Shown one piece after another: positions 1 through 14,254 of a DNA stretch of 64,000 bases. The translations under genes and the position numbers were made by a program. Below the pieces are notes generated by a model that was not told the DNA's origin, did no database searches, and saw only the letters and a program-made list of their open reading frames with translations. Each line of letters begins with the position of its first letter. Position 1 is the first letter of the stretch. The stretch covers positions 37,696,001 through 37,760,000 of the forward strand of contig OX597838.1 in the NCBI GenBank assembly GCA_951406725.2. Direction: 5' to 3'. Source of the stretch: Octopus vulgaris (taxonomy: Eukaryota).

Positions 1-316
1 CTTATTCTATGGAAGCCTAGTACTTATTCTACCGGTCTCTTTTGCCGAACCGCTAAGTGACGGGGACGTGGACACACCAGCATCGGTTGTTAAGCGATGT
101 TGGGGGACAAACAAAGACACATAAATATATATATACACACATATATATATACATATACACGACGGGCTTCTTTTAGTTTCCATCTAACAAATCTGCTCAC
201 AAGGCTTTGGTCGGCCCGAGGCTATAGTAGAAGACACTTGCCCAAGGTGGCACACATTGGGATTGAACCATGTCGTTGGTAAGCAAGCTACTTATCACAC
301 AGTCGCTCCTGTGCCT
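1..316 (-). mobile_element. tRNA-derived CORE-type SINE (family A), 3' end cut by the window edge
   Basis: Reverse complement has a degenerate tRNA-like head followed by CACCTTGGGCAAGTGTCTT (CORE-like); aligns to copies at 21446, 23954, 30067, 46342, 48621 and 61465. Confidence 0.85.
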
Positions 317-347
317 ATAAAATCATTGTTGATATTCATTAGTGTTT

Positions 348-382
<35 letters not shown>

Positions 383-584
383 TTGTGTGTGTGCGTGCGT
401 GTTTGCATGTGAGTGTGCGTGTGTACGTCTGTATGCATGCATAAATATAGATAATGCATACATAATACATACATATATATATATTATATATATACATATA
501 TATTATATATATATTTGTATATCTATCTATCTATATATATATATACACATACATATATAATATAATATAATATAATATAATATA

Positions 585-1025
585 AATTAATGAAAAACCA
601 CTATTATGCAATTCAAACAATGATAGACATAACCCAAATCATAAATAAAAAATAGAATGTGTTTTTAACATCATATAACTAAATCGCAAAAAGTATAAAC
701 ATAAATATTCAATATATAATAAGTAAAAAAACTATGTACGTTTCATGGCTATAATTAAATTCGAATTACAATTAAATTTAAATTTAAACGACAATCAATT
801 CAATTCAAAATTGTAGTCTCTCTTCAGGTTAACAATAATAACAATAATAGTTAAATAAATAAGCAAATTGAGTTAAACAATATTAAAAAAATAATATAAT
901 GATTTTTCTTATAGAAGAAACTCTAGTAACTAAATTTGAAACTTAAAACATTTGCCTACAATGCATTTATTATGTTAAATATTTAAGGTACAAAATAGAG
1001 TAAATTTATTTACTGTATTTAGATA
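585..1025 (-). mobile_element. PLE-type terminal (pLTR-like) fragment carrying an HHR-like motif
   Basis: Flanked by (ATAAT)n and (TA)n; its end aaaaccactattatgcaattcaaa is homologous in reverse to 4090-4140; HHR-like motif at 730-833. Confidence 0.55.
730..833 (-). ncRNA. Hammerhead-like motif with long stem II
   Basis: Minus strand: CTGAAGA-ga(ctacaatt...aattatag)ccat-GAAA-cg-TA; stem I weak. Confidence 0.5.
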
Positions 1026-1035
1026 GGTAGGTTTG

Positions 1036-1089
<54 letters not shown>

Positions 1090-1100
1090 TAGATAGATAA

Positions 1101-1131
<31 letters not shown>

Positions 1132-1257
1132 GATAGATAGATAGATAAATAGATAGATTGATAAATAGATAGATAAATAGATAGAAACATAGATAGGTAG
1201 ATTCTTAAAGAAGAATGTTATTGACAGTGACATCGATAGTTTCAAGCAGGTAAACCA

Positions 1258-1302
1258 TCGTCAGACGATGACCCAGGTGGACGAAACTTCGAAGTCTGTC
1301 GA
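1258..1302 (+). ncRNA. Degenerate type I hammerhead motif
   Basis: tcgtcaga-CGATGA-cccaggtggac-GAAA-cttcgaag (palindromic stem III)-TC-tgtcga. Confidence 0.5.
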
Positions 1303-1329
1303 CAATATTGGTTTCAAAATTCGACAGAA

Positions 1330-1450
1330 GGTTAGCAATTTCAAGGGGTGGTGTAAATCGATTATATCGACCTCAGTGCTCAGCTGGTACTTATTTTATG
1401 CACCCTGTAAGAATGAAAGGCAAACTCAGAATGTAAAGACGAGTGAAATA
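1330..1450 (-). mobile_element. Diverged SINE family B (OK-like) fragment
   Basis: atcgacctcagtgctcagctggtacttattttatgcaccctgtaagaatgaaaggcaaa matches the reverse complement of the 39082 copy. Confidence 0.65.
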
Positions 1451-1543
1451 CTGCCCCAAACTTTACAGCTGCTAGTATATGAGGAGTTAAAGAATAAAAC
1501 CAGAGCCCCAGCTCTTGCTGGATTAATTGTACCGTTTATGTTT

Positions 1544-1587
1544 CTGGCTGACGTGACACAATAATGTCGAAACGCCGGTGGTCTCAG
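1544..1587 (+). ncRNA. Degenerate type I hammerhead motif
   Basis: ctgg-CTGACGT-gaca caataa tgtc-GAAA-cgccggtgg-TC-tcag; core position A9 is mutated. Confidence 0.5.
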
Positions 1588-2470
1588 ATTTCCTTGAAAA
1601 TAAATCTTGTGTCTTGTGAAGATACACTCGTTGTACGGGAGTTGTTTACTTGTGATGAAACAACAGCGATTAACTTAATCATGTTCGAGTATGCCGGAAC
1701 TTTTTTAACAATAAATATGCAAATCAATGTTATTTTCATTCCAGCTGTGATTCTGAGATATACAAATATTAAGGGCAAACTTTATATCCAACTTAACGTG
1801 AACATTTTATTAGAAAGCCGAATACTGCAATATTTACTTTGAGAAGACCTCTCATATGAAAGCATGGGGCATAAAAGCATAGATATTTATATTGCTGGCA
1901 GACAACCTATCAGATCACGTCATTTCGATGTACTCCGGCTCGTCAGTGATAGCCGCTCGCAGGCCGTATACGAGCCTCAAAAAACTGTGAACGCGTATAT
2001 AGAATTCCAATGACTTTTCAAGCACTGATGTCACTAATAGCCTGACGGCCATGTTTATCTGTCTGTCACTCCGCACATCTGTCCATCATACGCTGTTGCA
2101 ATGACTCCAGGGAAACAATGTTTTGTAGAATTTGAAAATTGTTTTGTTTTGACGTAATCATGTTTTGACTTTATTATGATTTTCAAAATAGAAAATTTAA
2201 AGGTGTGAGTGTACGTGTGTGTGCGTATGCTTATGTGTGTGTGTGCTTGTGTGTGTGTATTTTTATTTGGGTATGTATGTGTGTGTGTGTGGCGGGAATA
2301 GTGTATTTGCTAGTTTTTATTTTACACAATCTTTCGTTTGAAAATTTCGGTGCATTTCGATTATTACATCGTAATTTGCTGATTCTCTTATAAATAACCG
2401 GTCGACGATTTTAAAGTGATTTATTTCGAGAAACGAAATTATGTGATATAGATCGATAGGTAGATAGATC

Positions 2471-2523
<53 letters not shown>

Positions 2524-2555
2524 ATAGATAGAGAGAGAGAGAGAGAGAGAGATAA

Positions 2556-2604
<49 letters not shown>

Positions 2605-2611
2605 TAGATAG

Positions 2612-2665
<54 letters not shown>

Positions 2666-2991
2666 GCAAATTTTCGATAATCGTTATAACAACATCGTAG
2701 GGTAGTAATCAAAGACCGGTTCTGGCTGGCTTGAACATTGAAAAGGTAGTATATTTAGACCGGAAATGACCTGTTTAAGACTTTAGCATTCAGATTACAC
2801 TTTCAAATATCTTGAAATAATCATGCATTGTCCCATATGTTTGAGATTTCGACGATGTGACCGCTTATTTTTAGAACGACAGTATAGAATCGGCCTGAGA
2901 TGTCAGGACTGGTTCACTTAAACACAATGCAGCTAGAATGTCGGGGCCGGATATGGCCGGTTTAGATGCTAGAAACACGTGAAATAACAAT

Positions 2992-3600
2992 TTCTTTATT
3001 ACCCATTAACGGGCTACATAGAAGGGACAAAACAATCACGAATGATTAATACATAACTATGTTTCTGGGGTCTATTAAAAATTGAATGATAAATAAAAGT
3101 TCGAATGATGAAACGTTTACATTAAACAAATTTACAAATGTAGTGGGGCGGGTCTACGGACCCCACGCTCCCCGCCACGACACTTAACCTTGTGTTTTTT
3201 CTGCCCTATCTCGCATTTGTGAGGGACCATTTATTCACCACATTGTTCCACCTTTCATTAAACACTTTCTTACTCAGACTCCTCCTCTCTAGTTCTATTT
3301 GCCTTTTCAGGTGGAATTTAAAATATTCCACCAGGCCAGAACCAGAGATGAAGTCGTCTGTTATCTTCCCTTTCATCCTTGTCTTCCATACTGCCTGTTT
3401 CGCAGTTGAAACCACAGAGAGAAAACAATTCTTACCTTCTTTCGTTAAGAAATCCGGTGGGCTGATTTTTACAATGGATTCAGCTGATAGCTGTACTCTT
3501 CCTTCACTTAACACCAGTTGTTCGGCAAAACCCCACATATCTGCCACCTCCGGACACTGCACGATCGCGTGCGAGACGGTTTGCCTGTCTCGCCCAGACG
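2992..3600 (-). mobile_element. 5'-truncated Tx1/L1-clade LINE: ORF2 C-terminus plus 3' UTR
   Basis: TVSHAIVQCP (end of CCHC), AKQAVWKTR and VFNERW motifs in ORF 3206-3688; 3' end ...tgtagcccgttaatgggtaataaagaaa. Confidence 0.75.
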
Positions 3601-3908
3601 TCACACACACAAAAGACAGAGTAAGGAAGAATGATAAAGGGGGAGAGTGCAACAAGAGAATGGACCTATCTATATGAAATGAAGTCAATGTTGGTATTTT
3701 ATAATTGAATGTTACAGAATGATTATCTTCAATATATTATATATATGAAGACTCGATTGAGTAACAGACTATCAATATCTGGCCCTAGAGGTCTATTAAA
3801 TTACATTTGACTGCAATTGCTGAGAGCGTTGTTTTTGAAACTGATGTAAAGAAGTATCTATCAATCTATATATCGGTACATCTGTCTGTCTGTCTCTATC
3901 TATCTATC

Positions 3909-3960
<52 letters not shown>

Positions 3961-3963
3961 ATA

Positions 3964-4022
<59 letters not shown>

Positions 4023-4243
4023 TTAGAGATAAGTTTAAATTATTTAAATAATTTTTTATTTTTAACCTTTATATTTTTAAATTAATTTTATGTATTGGCT
4101 TATGTTTTTCACTATTTGATTTGCCTAATAGTGGTTTTATCTCTAAATTAATATAATATAATATAATATATTTATACTATAAAATTGGATTTAATCTTAA
4201 ATCTAATTTTCCCCTGTAAGTTTGGATTTATTCCCTAATATTT

Positions 4244-4311
<68 letters not shown>

Positions 4312-4317
<6 letters not shown>

Positions 4318-5946
4318 AGCAACGCATGCAAGATAGCTACAGACAAAATAATTAAAGTCCCTAATCCTAATGACCTCAAATTGAGACCCATAATAGCAGG
4401 TCCCGCATGCGAAACCCACCGCCTCAGTAACTTTTTAGACACCCTGTTAAAACCACTCCTCAAACATGTCAAAAGCTATATAAGGGACGACTTAGATATG
4501 CTCAATCACCTACCGAATACTATAAACAAAAACACCATACTGGTATCCTTCGATGTAGTCAACCTCTACTCCAATATCCCCCACAACCTAGGACTAGAGG
4601 CAATCCAATTCTGGCTAGAGAATCACGCCAACGAACTACCACACCGCATCAAAAAAGAATTTGTGATAGAAGGGGTTAAATTCATCCTGGAAAATAACTT
4701 CTTCGCCTTCAATGACAACTTCTACCGACAAAAATCGGGGACTGCGATGGGTACACGAATGGCCCCCTCCTTTGCCAACCTAGTCATAGGATACCTAGAG
4801 ATCAGTCTGTATCGTAAGGTTCTAGAAAGATATGGCAGCCCTTTCTCCATCTACATAGAAAACAACTGGAAGAGATATCTAGATGACTGTTTCATCCTTT
4901 GGCATAAAAATATAGAAAAACTCATAGAATTCCAGAAAATTTTAAACGGACTGGACGTAAACATCCAATTCACGATGGAATATAGCCAACAACAACTCCC
5001 CTTCCTCGATATCCTCATTAAGAAAGCTAATAATATAATAGAAACAGACATATACTATAAGCCTACAGACTCTAAGCAATATCTTCCATTCAATTCATGC
5101 CACCCCAGACACACCAGGATGAATATCCCCTTCAATCTAGCAAAAAGGATATGCACTATAGTCTCTAACGCAAACACCAGAGACACACGACTACAAGAAC
5201 TAAAAGATACCCTAATCACCAGGAACTATCCACCTTCACTTATTGACAAGTGCATTCAACGTGCCCTTCAACTTAACATCAAGGAACTGAGACATCCCAA
5301 ATCAAAGAAAAACTTACAACCAAAAGCCTTACCATACATCTCCACACACAACCCTCTCAATAACGAAGCCTTCGACACCATCCTCCACAACATACCCCTC
5401 CTAAAAAAAGACCACAGAATGAACACAATCCTCCAAACACACACGATCATAAAAAGCAAAAGACAGCCTAGATCCATGAAAAGTCTCCTTACACAAGCCC
5501 GAATTCACTCTTCAACACAGAAGCCGACAGTAAAAAAATGTGGAAGACCCAATTGCGGGATATGCGACTATCTAATCGAGGGTTCGGAGTTCTCCTTCAA
5601 ACAGGGACAACGGTTTACAGTGAAAAGCAACTTCACATGTGCTTCGGAGAACCTAATATACTCACTAACCTGCTCCGGGTGTCAAGAGCAGTACATAGGC
5701 CAAACAAAAAATGGTTTGCGTAAACGAATGGCCCTGCACAGATCCCAGATAAAAATTCCCCAAAACAGAAAAATAGCTTTTAGCCAACACATAGATACTT
5801 GCGCCAACAAAAAAACACCAAACTTCAGAATTTTCCCCCTCTACCAATTTAGGGACGATACAACCTCGAGACAAAGAATAAGTAAAGAAAATCTCTTTAT
5901 TACAAAATACAAGCCACTTCTTAACGGGTCTACGACAAACAATTAA
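4312..5946 (+). CDS. Penelope-like element RT + GIY-YIG endonuclease, 5'-truncated, open frame of about 545 codons
   Basis: LRPIIAG, SFDVVNLYSNI, QKSGTAMG, WKRYLDDCF, LPFLDI, YYKPT, SCHP; CGRPNCGIC zinc linker (Neptune-type); LIYSLTC..C...YIGQT..LRKRMALH GIY-YIG. The ORF-track N-terminus (4222-4311) is (TA)n read-through. Confidence 0.93.
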
Positions 5947-6673
5947 TATACCTCAACTTTAGAATAAAAGAAAAAAATATATATACACACACAAATACTA
6001 CACTCCATAGAATCCATTACTAATCAGCCCCTTCATAGCTATATTTACACCCATTCATATTCTCCCTTCTCTGTTTTTTTCTTCTTCTTCTTCTTCATCA
6101 TCATCGTTATCATCATCATCGGCGTCATCATCATCACCACCATCTTCTCCTTCTCCTTCTTCTTCTTCTTCTTCTTCTTCTTCTTCTTCTTCTTCTTCTT
6201 CTTCTTCTTCTTCTTCTTCTTCTTCTTCTTCATCATCGTTATCATCATCATCGTCGTCATAATCATCACCACCATCACCATCATCTTCTCCTTCTCCTTC
6301 TTCTTCTTCTTCTTCTTCTTCTTCTTCTTCTTCTTCTTCTCCACCCCCTACCCCTTAAGTTTGTCACTAATGTTTTTTAGTATAACACCTACGCTAATTC
6401 TATAAACAATCCTGAATTGAACTGAGACTGCCAGCCGCCACTGACCATTCAAAATACGACCATCAGGGCACTCCCAGATTCTCCCACCCCCCTTTCCTCA
6501 CCAGCCTTCCCTCTACTACCCTACCAAGAACTCACAACTACCTCGAACACACAAGTGCAAACAAGGGAGTCAGAGAAAGGCAGAATGCCACTTAAATCTG
6601 AACACTACTATAGAAATATTCTTTTAAAAAAACTTTTCTTCTAATTTTTCTAAATTTAATTATTTAATCGTTA

Positions 6674-6711
6674 CAGTTGAAAAGGTCTCAAAATGACCGA
6701 AACCGGTACTG
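6674..6711 (+). ncRNA. Minimal hammerhead variant in the PLE 3' end
   Basis: cag-TTGAAAA-ggtc tcaaaat gacc-GAAA-ccgg-TA-ctg; palindromic stem III; core reads U3/A8 instead of C3/G8. Confidence 0.6.
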
Positions 6712-7809
6712 AAATGTTCACTATAAAATTATTTTAGCATTTTCTATTTTTTACTTGTTTTTTCATATATATATATATATATACATATATATACCTATCT
6801 ATGTATGTACATATCGGTACATCTGCATGTCTGTCTATCTATCTATTTATCTATCTATCTATTAAACCATTTATCTATTTACCCGGACTTATGCGCGCAC
6901 ACACTCCCGCTCAAACATACACACACAAATCCCTCATGCATACATATGACGTTCGTCTCATTCTTTCTAGAGCTATCTTAGTAGATCTACGTATGCAAAT
7001 CACTCTTTCGACATATTCCTTGTGTGTATGTACAGATACAACCACACACACAACCACACATATATTTGTATCTGTCTGTATTTAGATCATATCTGTTTCT
7101 ACTTACCTACCTATCTATATGTCTCTCTCCCGCTCTTTGTCTTACACACACACACACACTCTCTCTCTACCTACCTACCTATTTATCTAACTACCTATCT
7201 ATTTACCTCCCTGTCTACCAGCTTATTTGCCTACCTACCTATTTATCTACCTACCTACTTAACTATCTATCTATCTGTCTACCTATCTATATCTCTATCT
7301 ACTTATCTATCTGTCTGTCTGTATGTCTGTCTCTCTATCTATCTATTTACCTATCTATCTATCAACATTCACCATTTCGTATCTTAAGTCCATCCATTAG
7401 CTTCTGTACAGTGTTCCTTCTTTCTTAATGATACGACCTTACATTATTCAGTTTATATTATCGTTCTGAACTCTCTTTCGTCTCCAAACTCTACCCTGAT
7501 GTCCACGAATTCTAAACGGGTTGGAACCAACCAACGGCCATAGCTTCTGCACCTAATCTTACATCTTTCTCAACCCTCACGACTTTTCAGTCGATAGACT
7601 GCGGCCGTGCTACAGCATCTCCTTTGCAGGAAGTTTTTTGTCAAACGGATCAACCGTACTACTTATTTCTTTCGTTGAAGCCTCTAACCTACTTACGGTC
7701 TCTTGTGAAAGTGTTTCGTTACCATGGGTTACCGAACTGTAATGAGAGAGAAACATAGACACAAAGACACACACACACACACACACATATATACACACAT
7801 ACACACAGG

Positions 7810-7935
7810 TATTATACGATGAGCTTCTTTCCAGTTTCCGTCTATTAAATCCACTTTGATCAACCCGAAACTATAGTAGAAAACATTAAGGATTGAACGC
7901 GGAACGTTGTGGTTGGAAAACAAAGTTCTTATTTG
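7810..7935 (-). mobile_element. Diverged SINE family A fragment
   Basis: tacgatgagcttctttccagtttccgtctattaaatccac...ctatagtagaaaaca...gattgaac. Confidence 0.6.
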
Positions 7936-8351
7936 TTCGAATCTTTGGACTACGGCCATAGCCTGGCACCACCTCGACATAATTTTGTCGAACAAAGTTA
8001 TCTTTCTTATTTGGAGTCTGGTACACATTTCATCGGTCTCTCTGGCCAAACTTCCAGATAAAAGGGGACATAAACAAACCAATTCGCGTTGTCAAGAGGT
8101 GACGGGGAACAAATACAAAAGCATTCACAACGAGCAAGAGCATACACAAGATCGGAAAGTGTCGCTGAAGAGGTCACGAAAGATTTCCTGACAATGGCCA
8201 TAAGTTAAAATAAGAACAGTAATAAACGAGTGAAAAACTAATATATACGTGTGTTTAATTGGCGAAAAAAGAAAAGACCATCCCGAAATACAACAACATC
8301 TGCTTCAATACACGATTTCACATCAGGAATTTTGCAACACAAATTCATAAA

Positions 8352-8488
<137 letters not shown>

Positions 8489-8508
8489 AATCCTTCTATA
8501 TTAAGTTA

Positions 8509-8599
8509 CCTACGGACGTACGTTTCGGAATCAAGTCATTGTAGAGCATAAAAATTAAATAATTATGTCTTACCTGACTATTTTCCTCCTCAGAGTAGG
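8509..8599 (-). ncRNA. Type I hammerhead ribozyme, copy 1
   Basis: cctact-CTGAGGA-ggaa...ttcc-GAAA-cgtacg-TC-cgtagg; GUC cleavage triplet; palindromic stem III. Confidence 0.8.
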
Positions 8600-9104
8600 A
8601 CTCTTCAATCATAAATAATTGCGTCTCAATTATTAATAATTGTGTATTAAATTTGAAGGCACTAGAAGACATCACCTCAACTCATGGTACTGGTAAGGTA
8701 AGCCTTACCAGTACCAACGAATTCAAAGGGTGAAAGAGAGTATGTCACCATCCACCTTCCGCAAGCGTGCTGCCAAAAATAAGATGCTACGGTTTTTTTA
8801 CTGGGATGAAATACAATTATCAATAATATAGGGTGAAATTAATTAATTCAGAAATAATCATTAATTTCATCAAGTAGAGTTCGGCATGTAAAAGACCCAT
8901 TCAAGGAAGGTTTAAGTAATACTAATTAATTAAGGGTTTAGCAACGATTTGCCTCACCACACACCGAATTTAGAAATAGCAGTCAAAAAGTTTTGGCTAT
9001 TCCTTCTACTTAAAAGGTAGATCCCAGTAACACCAAAGCACTTAAAAAGCAAACGACGCAGACAAAAGAGAAAGAAATGACGGAAATCATTCTATATTAA
9101 GTCA

Positions 9105-9196
9105 CCTACGGACGTACGTTTCGGAATTAAATCAATTGCAGAGCATAAAAATTAAATAATTATGTCTTACCTGACTATTTTCCTCCTCAGCGTAGG
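9105..9196 (-). ncRNA. Type I hammerhead ribozyme, copy 2
   Basis: cctacg-CTGAGGA-ggaa...ttcc-GAAA-cgtacg-TC-cgtagg; perfect 6 bp stem I. Confidence 0.85.
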
Positions 9197-9360
9197 ACTC
9201 TTCAATCATAAATAATTGCGTCTCAATTATTAATAATTGTGTATTAAATTTGAAGGCACTAGAAGACATCACCGCAACTCATGGTATCAATAGCCAAAAC
9301 TTTTTGACTGCTATTTCTAAATTCGGTGTGTGGTGAGGCAAATCGTTGCTGAACCCTTAA

Positions 9361-9367
<7 letters not shown>

Positions 9368-9421
<54 letters not shown>

Positions 9422-9909
9422 AACATACATATACATATACATATATACAAATACATACATATATATAAATATATACATATACATACATATATATAAATAT
9501 GTACATATATACAGATACATATATATATATATATACACTTATACATACATACATATATATATACATATATACATATACATACATATATATAAATATACAT
9601 ATATACATATACATACATATATATAAATATATACATATATACATATACATACATATATATATATACATATATCTACATATATATATATATATACATACAT
9701 ATGTATATATATACATATACCTACATACATATATACATATACATATATATATATATATATACATATGCCTACATAAGTATATACATATACACACATATAT
9801 ACATATACATATACATATATATATATATACATATACACATTTATATACATATACATATACATATATATATATATACATACATATACATAGATATACATAT
9901 ATATATACT

Positions 9910-9942
<33 letters not shown>

Positions 9943-10066
9943 ACACATACATATATATATATACATATATATATATACATAAATATACATATACATATAC
10001 ATGTATATATACATATACATATATATATACATATACATATATATAGATATATACATATACATATAT

Positions 10067-10107
<41 letters not shown>

Positions 10108-10253
10108 TATATATATACATATACACATATATCTATACATATACACACATATATATATACATACATATACATATATATATATATATACATACATATACAT
10201 ATATATATATACATACATATACATATATATATATATATGCATACATATACATA
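9368..10253. repeat. Compound (TA)n/(TACATA)n microsatellite
   Basis: Directly visible. Confidence 0.95.
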
Positions 10254-10254
10254 T

Positions 10255-11657
10255 TTGAGAGGTATTTGAGAGGGTGGTGAGATCTCGAATAACCCAATTT
10301 CTGGAAAGCAACAGACGGCTGATCTCCAACCAACATGGGTTCCGTAATGGAAGGGACTGCCTAACGCAGCTCCTGCATCACTTTGAGGACATTTTGAGAG
10401 CTTTGGGAGAGGGCTCCAACACCGATGTCATCTACCTTGATTTCAGTAAGGCCTTCGACAGGGTCGATCACAAGATCCTATTGAAAAAACTATCCAACAT
10501 TGGTGTCTCTGGAAAGTTACTGAAATGGATCAAGTGTTTCCTGACAGACAGATCTCAACATGTTGTAGTTGAAGGGGTAAAATCAAGCCCAGCCAAAGTC
10601 AGTAGTGGCGTTCCGCAAGGCACTGTGCTGGGCCCACTTCTTTTCATCATTTACATTAATGACATTAATGACATCATCAAGCACAGCAACATAAAAATCT
10701 TTGCAGATGACTCCAAGCTACAGAAGGTCATAAATGAGGCGAGTGACCGGACATGCCTTCAGTCAGATCTACTGGCTGTTATCCAATGGGCAGAAAAAAA
10801 CAATATGCTGCTGAACGAGGATAAATTTGAGCTAATCCACTTTGGAAAAGAGGATGCCCTGAAACTCCCATACTCCCTTCCTTCAGGTGAAACTCTCGCG
10901 GCGTCCAACAACATCAGAGACTTGGGAGTAATTGTGGACAACAACATAAGCTGGGCCACTCATATAAACACCAAAGTTGACATGGCCCGCAGAATGTGTT
11001 CCTGGATTCTCAGAACTTTCCAGTCGAGAGATATCCACACCATTATCCTTCTCTTCTCCACTTTTGCCCGACCCCACCTTGAATAATGTTGTCCACTGTG
11101 GTCTCCCCACACAATACAAGGTATCATAAAAGTTGAAGCACCACAAAGGGCAATCACAAAAAAGATAGATGGCATGACAGGCCTCGACTATTGGGGTCGA
11201 CTAGAAAAGCTAAAATCTATTCTCTCCAACGTCGTCGTGAGCGCTACATCATCTGCATGATGTGGAAAATATTCCATCAGCATTGCCCAAATGATGTTGG
11301 CATCACCTTTAAGGTACATCCAAGGCTTGGGCCCCGTGCCATCCGCCCAAAACAAAAATCGCACTCTCATCTCATAACAACAATACGGCACAATTATTTC
11401 ACCTCAATTGGCCCCAAAACACATTAAAACAGAAACTGACCCTATAGGGTTCAAGAAGTCTTTGGACAGATTCCTTCAAGAAATCCCGGATAAACCCCCT
11501 ACACCCGGATATGTCTCTGTAAACAATAACTCTCTACTTGAGTGGGCCATAGTGCCCAAATTCTGACTTGAAAGACTTCACCAGGTGGTGCTATTAAGTT
11601 AGACATGGCCTGGGCCAATAATGGCCGAAACCTATTAAAGTATCAAAATATCAAAGT
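10255..11657 (+). mobile_element. 5'-truncated CR1-group LINE (RT pseudogene plus 3' UTR)
   Basis: [41 protein letters not shown]; stop at 11084 and later frameshifts; (TATCAAAR)2 tail. Confidence 0.9.
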
Positions 11658-12339
11658 ATATATATATATATACATATATATATATACATATATATACATA
11701 TATATGCATATATATATATACATATACATATATATATACATTCATATATATACACATATATATGTATATATACATACATATATATATATATATATACATA
11801 CTTATACATATATATATATATATATATACATACATATACGTATATGTATATATATATATATATATATATACACATACATATACATACATATACATATACA
11901 TATATATATACATATACATATATATATATACATATACACATATATATATATACATATACACACATATATATATATACATACATATACATATATATATTTA
12001 TACATACATATACATATATATATATATATATACATACATATACATATATATATATATACATACATATACATATATATATATATACATACATATACATATA
12101 TATATATACATATATATATATAAATATACATATATATAAATATATATATACATATACATATATATATATACATACATATATATACACATATATATATATG
12201 TATATATACATACATATACATATATATATATATATACATACTTATACATATATATATATATACATACATATACATATTTGTATATATATATATATATACA
12301 TACATACATACATACATATATATATATATACATACATAC

Positions 12340-12378
<39 letters not shown>

Positions 12379-12423
12379 CATATACATATATATATACATA
12401 TACATACAAATACATATATATAC

Positions 12424-12470
<47 letters not shown>

Positions 12471-12553
12471 CATATATATATATATATATACACATACATA
12501 TACATACATACATATACATACATACACATATACATATATATATATATATATAT
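11658..12553. repeat. Compound (TA)n/(TACA) microsatellite
   Basis: Directly visible. Confidence 0.95.
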
Positions 12554-13366
12554 AGGGCTCGCACTTTCTATGGTCATTGAAAACCGTCCATGGGTGGTTG
12601 TGAAGATCTTTTCATTTCCCAGTTACCCTTGAAAACCTTTTTAAAAAATCGATTAACCGACCCCTTATGTTTCAGGTAACAAAAGTATTTAATACAAGGG
12701 ACGTAACAGAAGTTTAATATAAAAATATTAAACCATAGCAAGGGAAATAACACTTTAAAACTCTGCATTTCCCTCGCTTTGTTATGTATCACGCCTCAAT
12801 ACTGTACCAGACCAATTTATCCAATTCAGGAACGGAATTGTTCCGGATTTCTGGATTTTCAAGTTTATCAGCGAATTTCTGAACGTTTGCTTAAAATCTC
12901 TATATCTATAATTGGCAAAATGACTGTTTTTTGATTGGACTGAGATAATTTTACATATGACAGTTGGATGCGCGTGCGCTTTTGCAGACACTCTGGATGA
13001 CTCTGCGCAATTTTGAGTTTTGCGAAGACGCGTTATCATGCGTTTTGGCTTTCAAACGGGCACATTTTTTTTATTTGAGAAATGCAGGGAATAATTAACG
13101 AGTTAGACCAAGTGAATGACAAGAGAGAGGGATTTTCATGAAAGACCAAATATGCTTGACTAGCACTATAACGGAACCGTAATACGGATCCCTAGATCTA
13201 GCCATAACTGTGATCTTGGAACATAATGGTCGACCAATTATACCACTTGCCCAGTACACCTATTCGTTTAGATAACAAGTGAGCCAAACAACTCATATCA
13301 TATCATATCATATATATATATATATATATATATATTTAAAAAAGAGATGTGGAACACGAGTTGTGA

Positions 13367-13591
13367 TATATAAAAAAGGAAATGAAGAAAATGCTGACAA
13401 AATAATTTAAGTAATTTAAGTAATTTAATTAGGTGACAGTTCTTTTTACCGGTCAGAAAGTAACTCTATCTCTCTTAAAAAAACATCTTTTGATAAGCAT
13501 AACAAATGCACAACCGGTAAAAAGAACTTTCACCTAATTAAATTACTTAAATTACTTAAATTATTTTGTCAGCATTTTCTTCATTTCCTTT

Positions 13592-13598
<7 letters not shown>
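13367..13598. repeat. Inverted repeat of a PLE-type 3' end in (TA)n
   Basis: 13367-13453 is the reverse complement of 13513-13598; the arm accggta...ttcac...aaattatttt..agcatttt resembles the PLE end at 6702-6765. Confidence 0.8.
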
Positions 13599-14043
<445 letters not shown>

Positions 14044-14254
14044 TTCATATATAGATACATACGTACATATATATAAATACATGTATATAAATACATATAT
14101 ATATATGTGTGTGTGTGTGTATGTATCTATATAGGCATATATGTATTGTGTATATATGTGTATATACATTATACACATATACACATATGTATGCTTGTGT
14201 GCACATATGTATGTATGTATATGAACCCGTAGAAAATTAAATCACGCAGCATCC

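Larger units (their letters stand above)
4312..6765 (+). mobile_element. Penelope-like retroelement bounded by (TA)n on both sides
   Basis: ORF, then a 3' UTR with (CTT)n/(CAT)n, an HHR-like motif at 6674-6711, and an end abutting (AT)n. Confidence 0.88.

Noticed and set aside
6045-6344. Poly-Lys/Met ORF
   Set aside because: Antisense reading of the (CTT)n/(CAT)n tract in the PLE 3' UTR
9330-12632. Long YI/HI/VC-rich ORFs here and throughout the track
   Set aside because: Translations of stop-free (TA)/(CA)/(TACA) microsatellites
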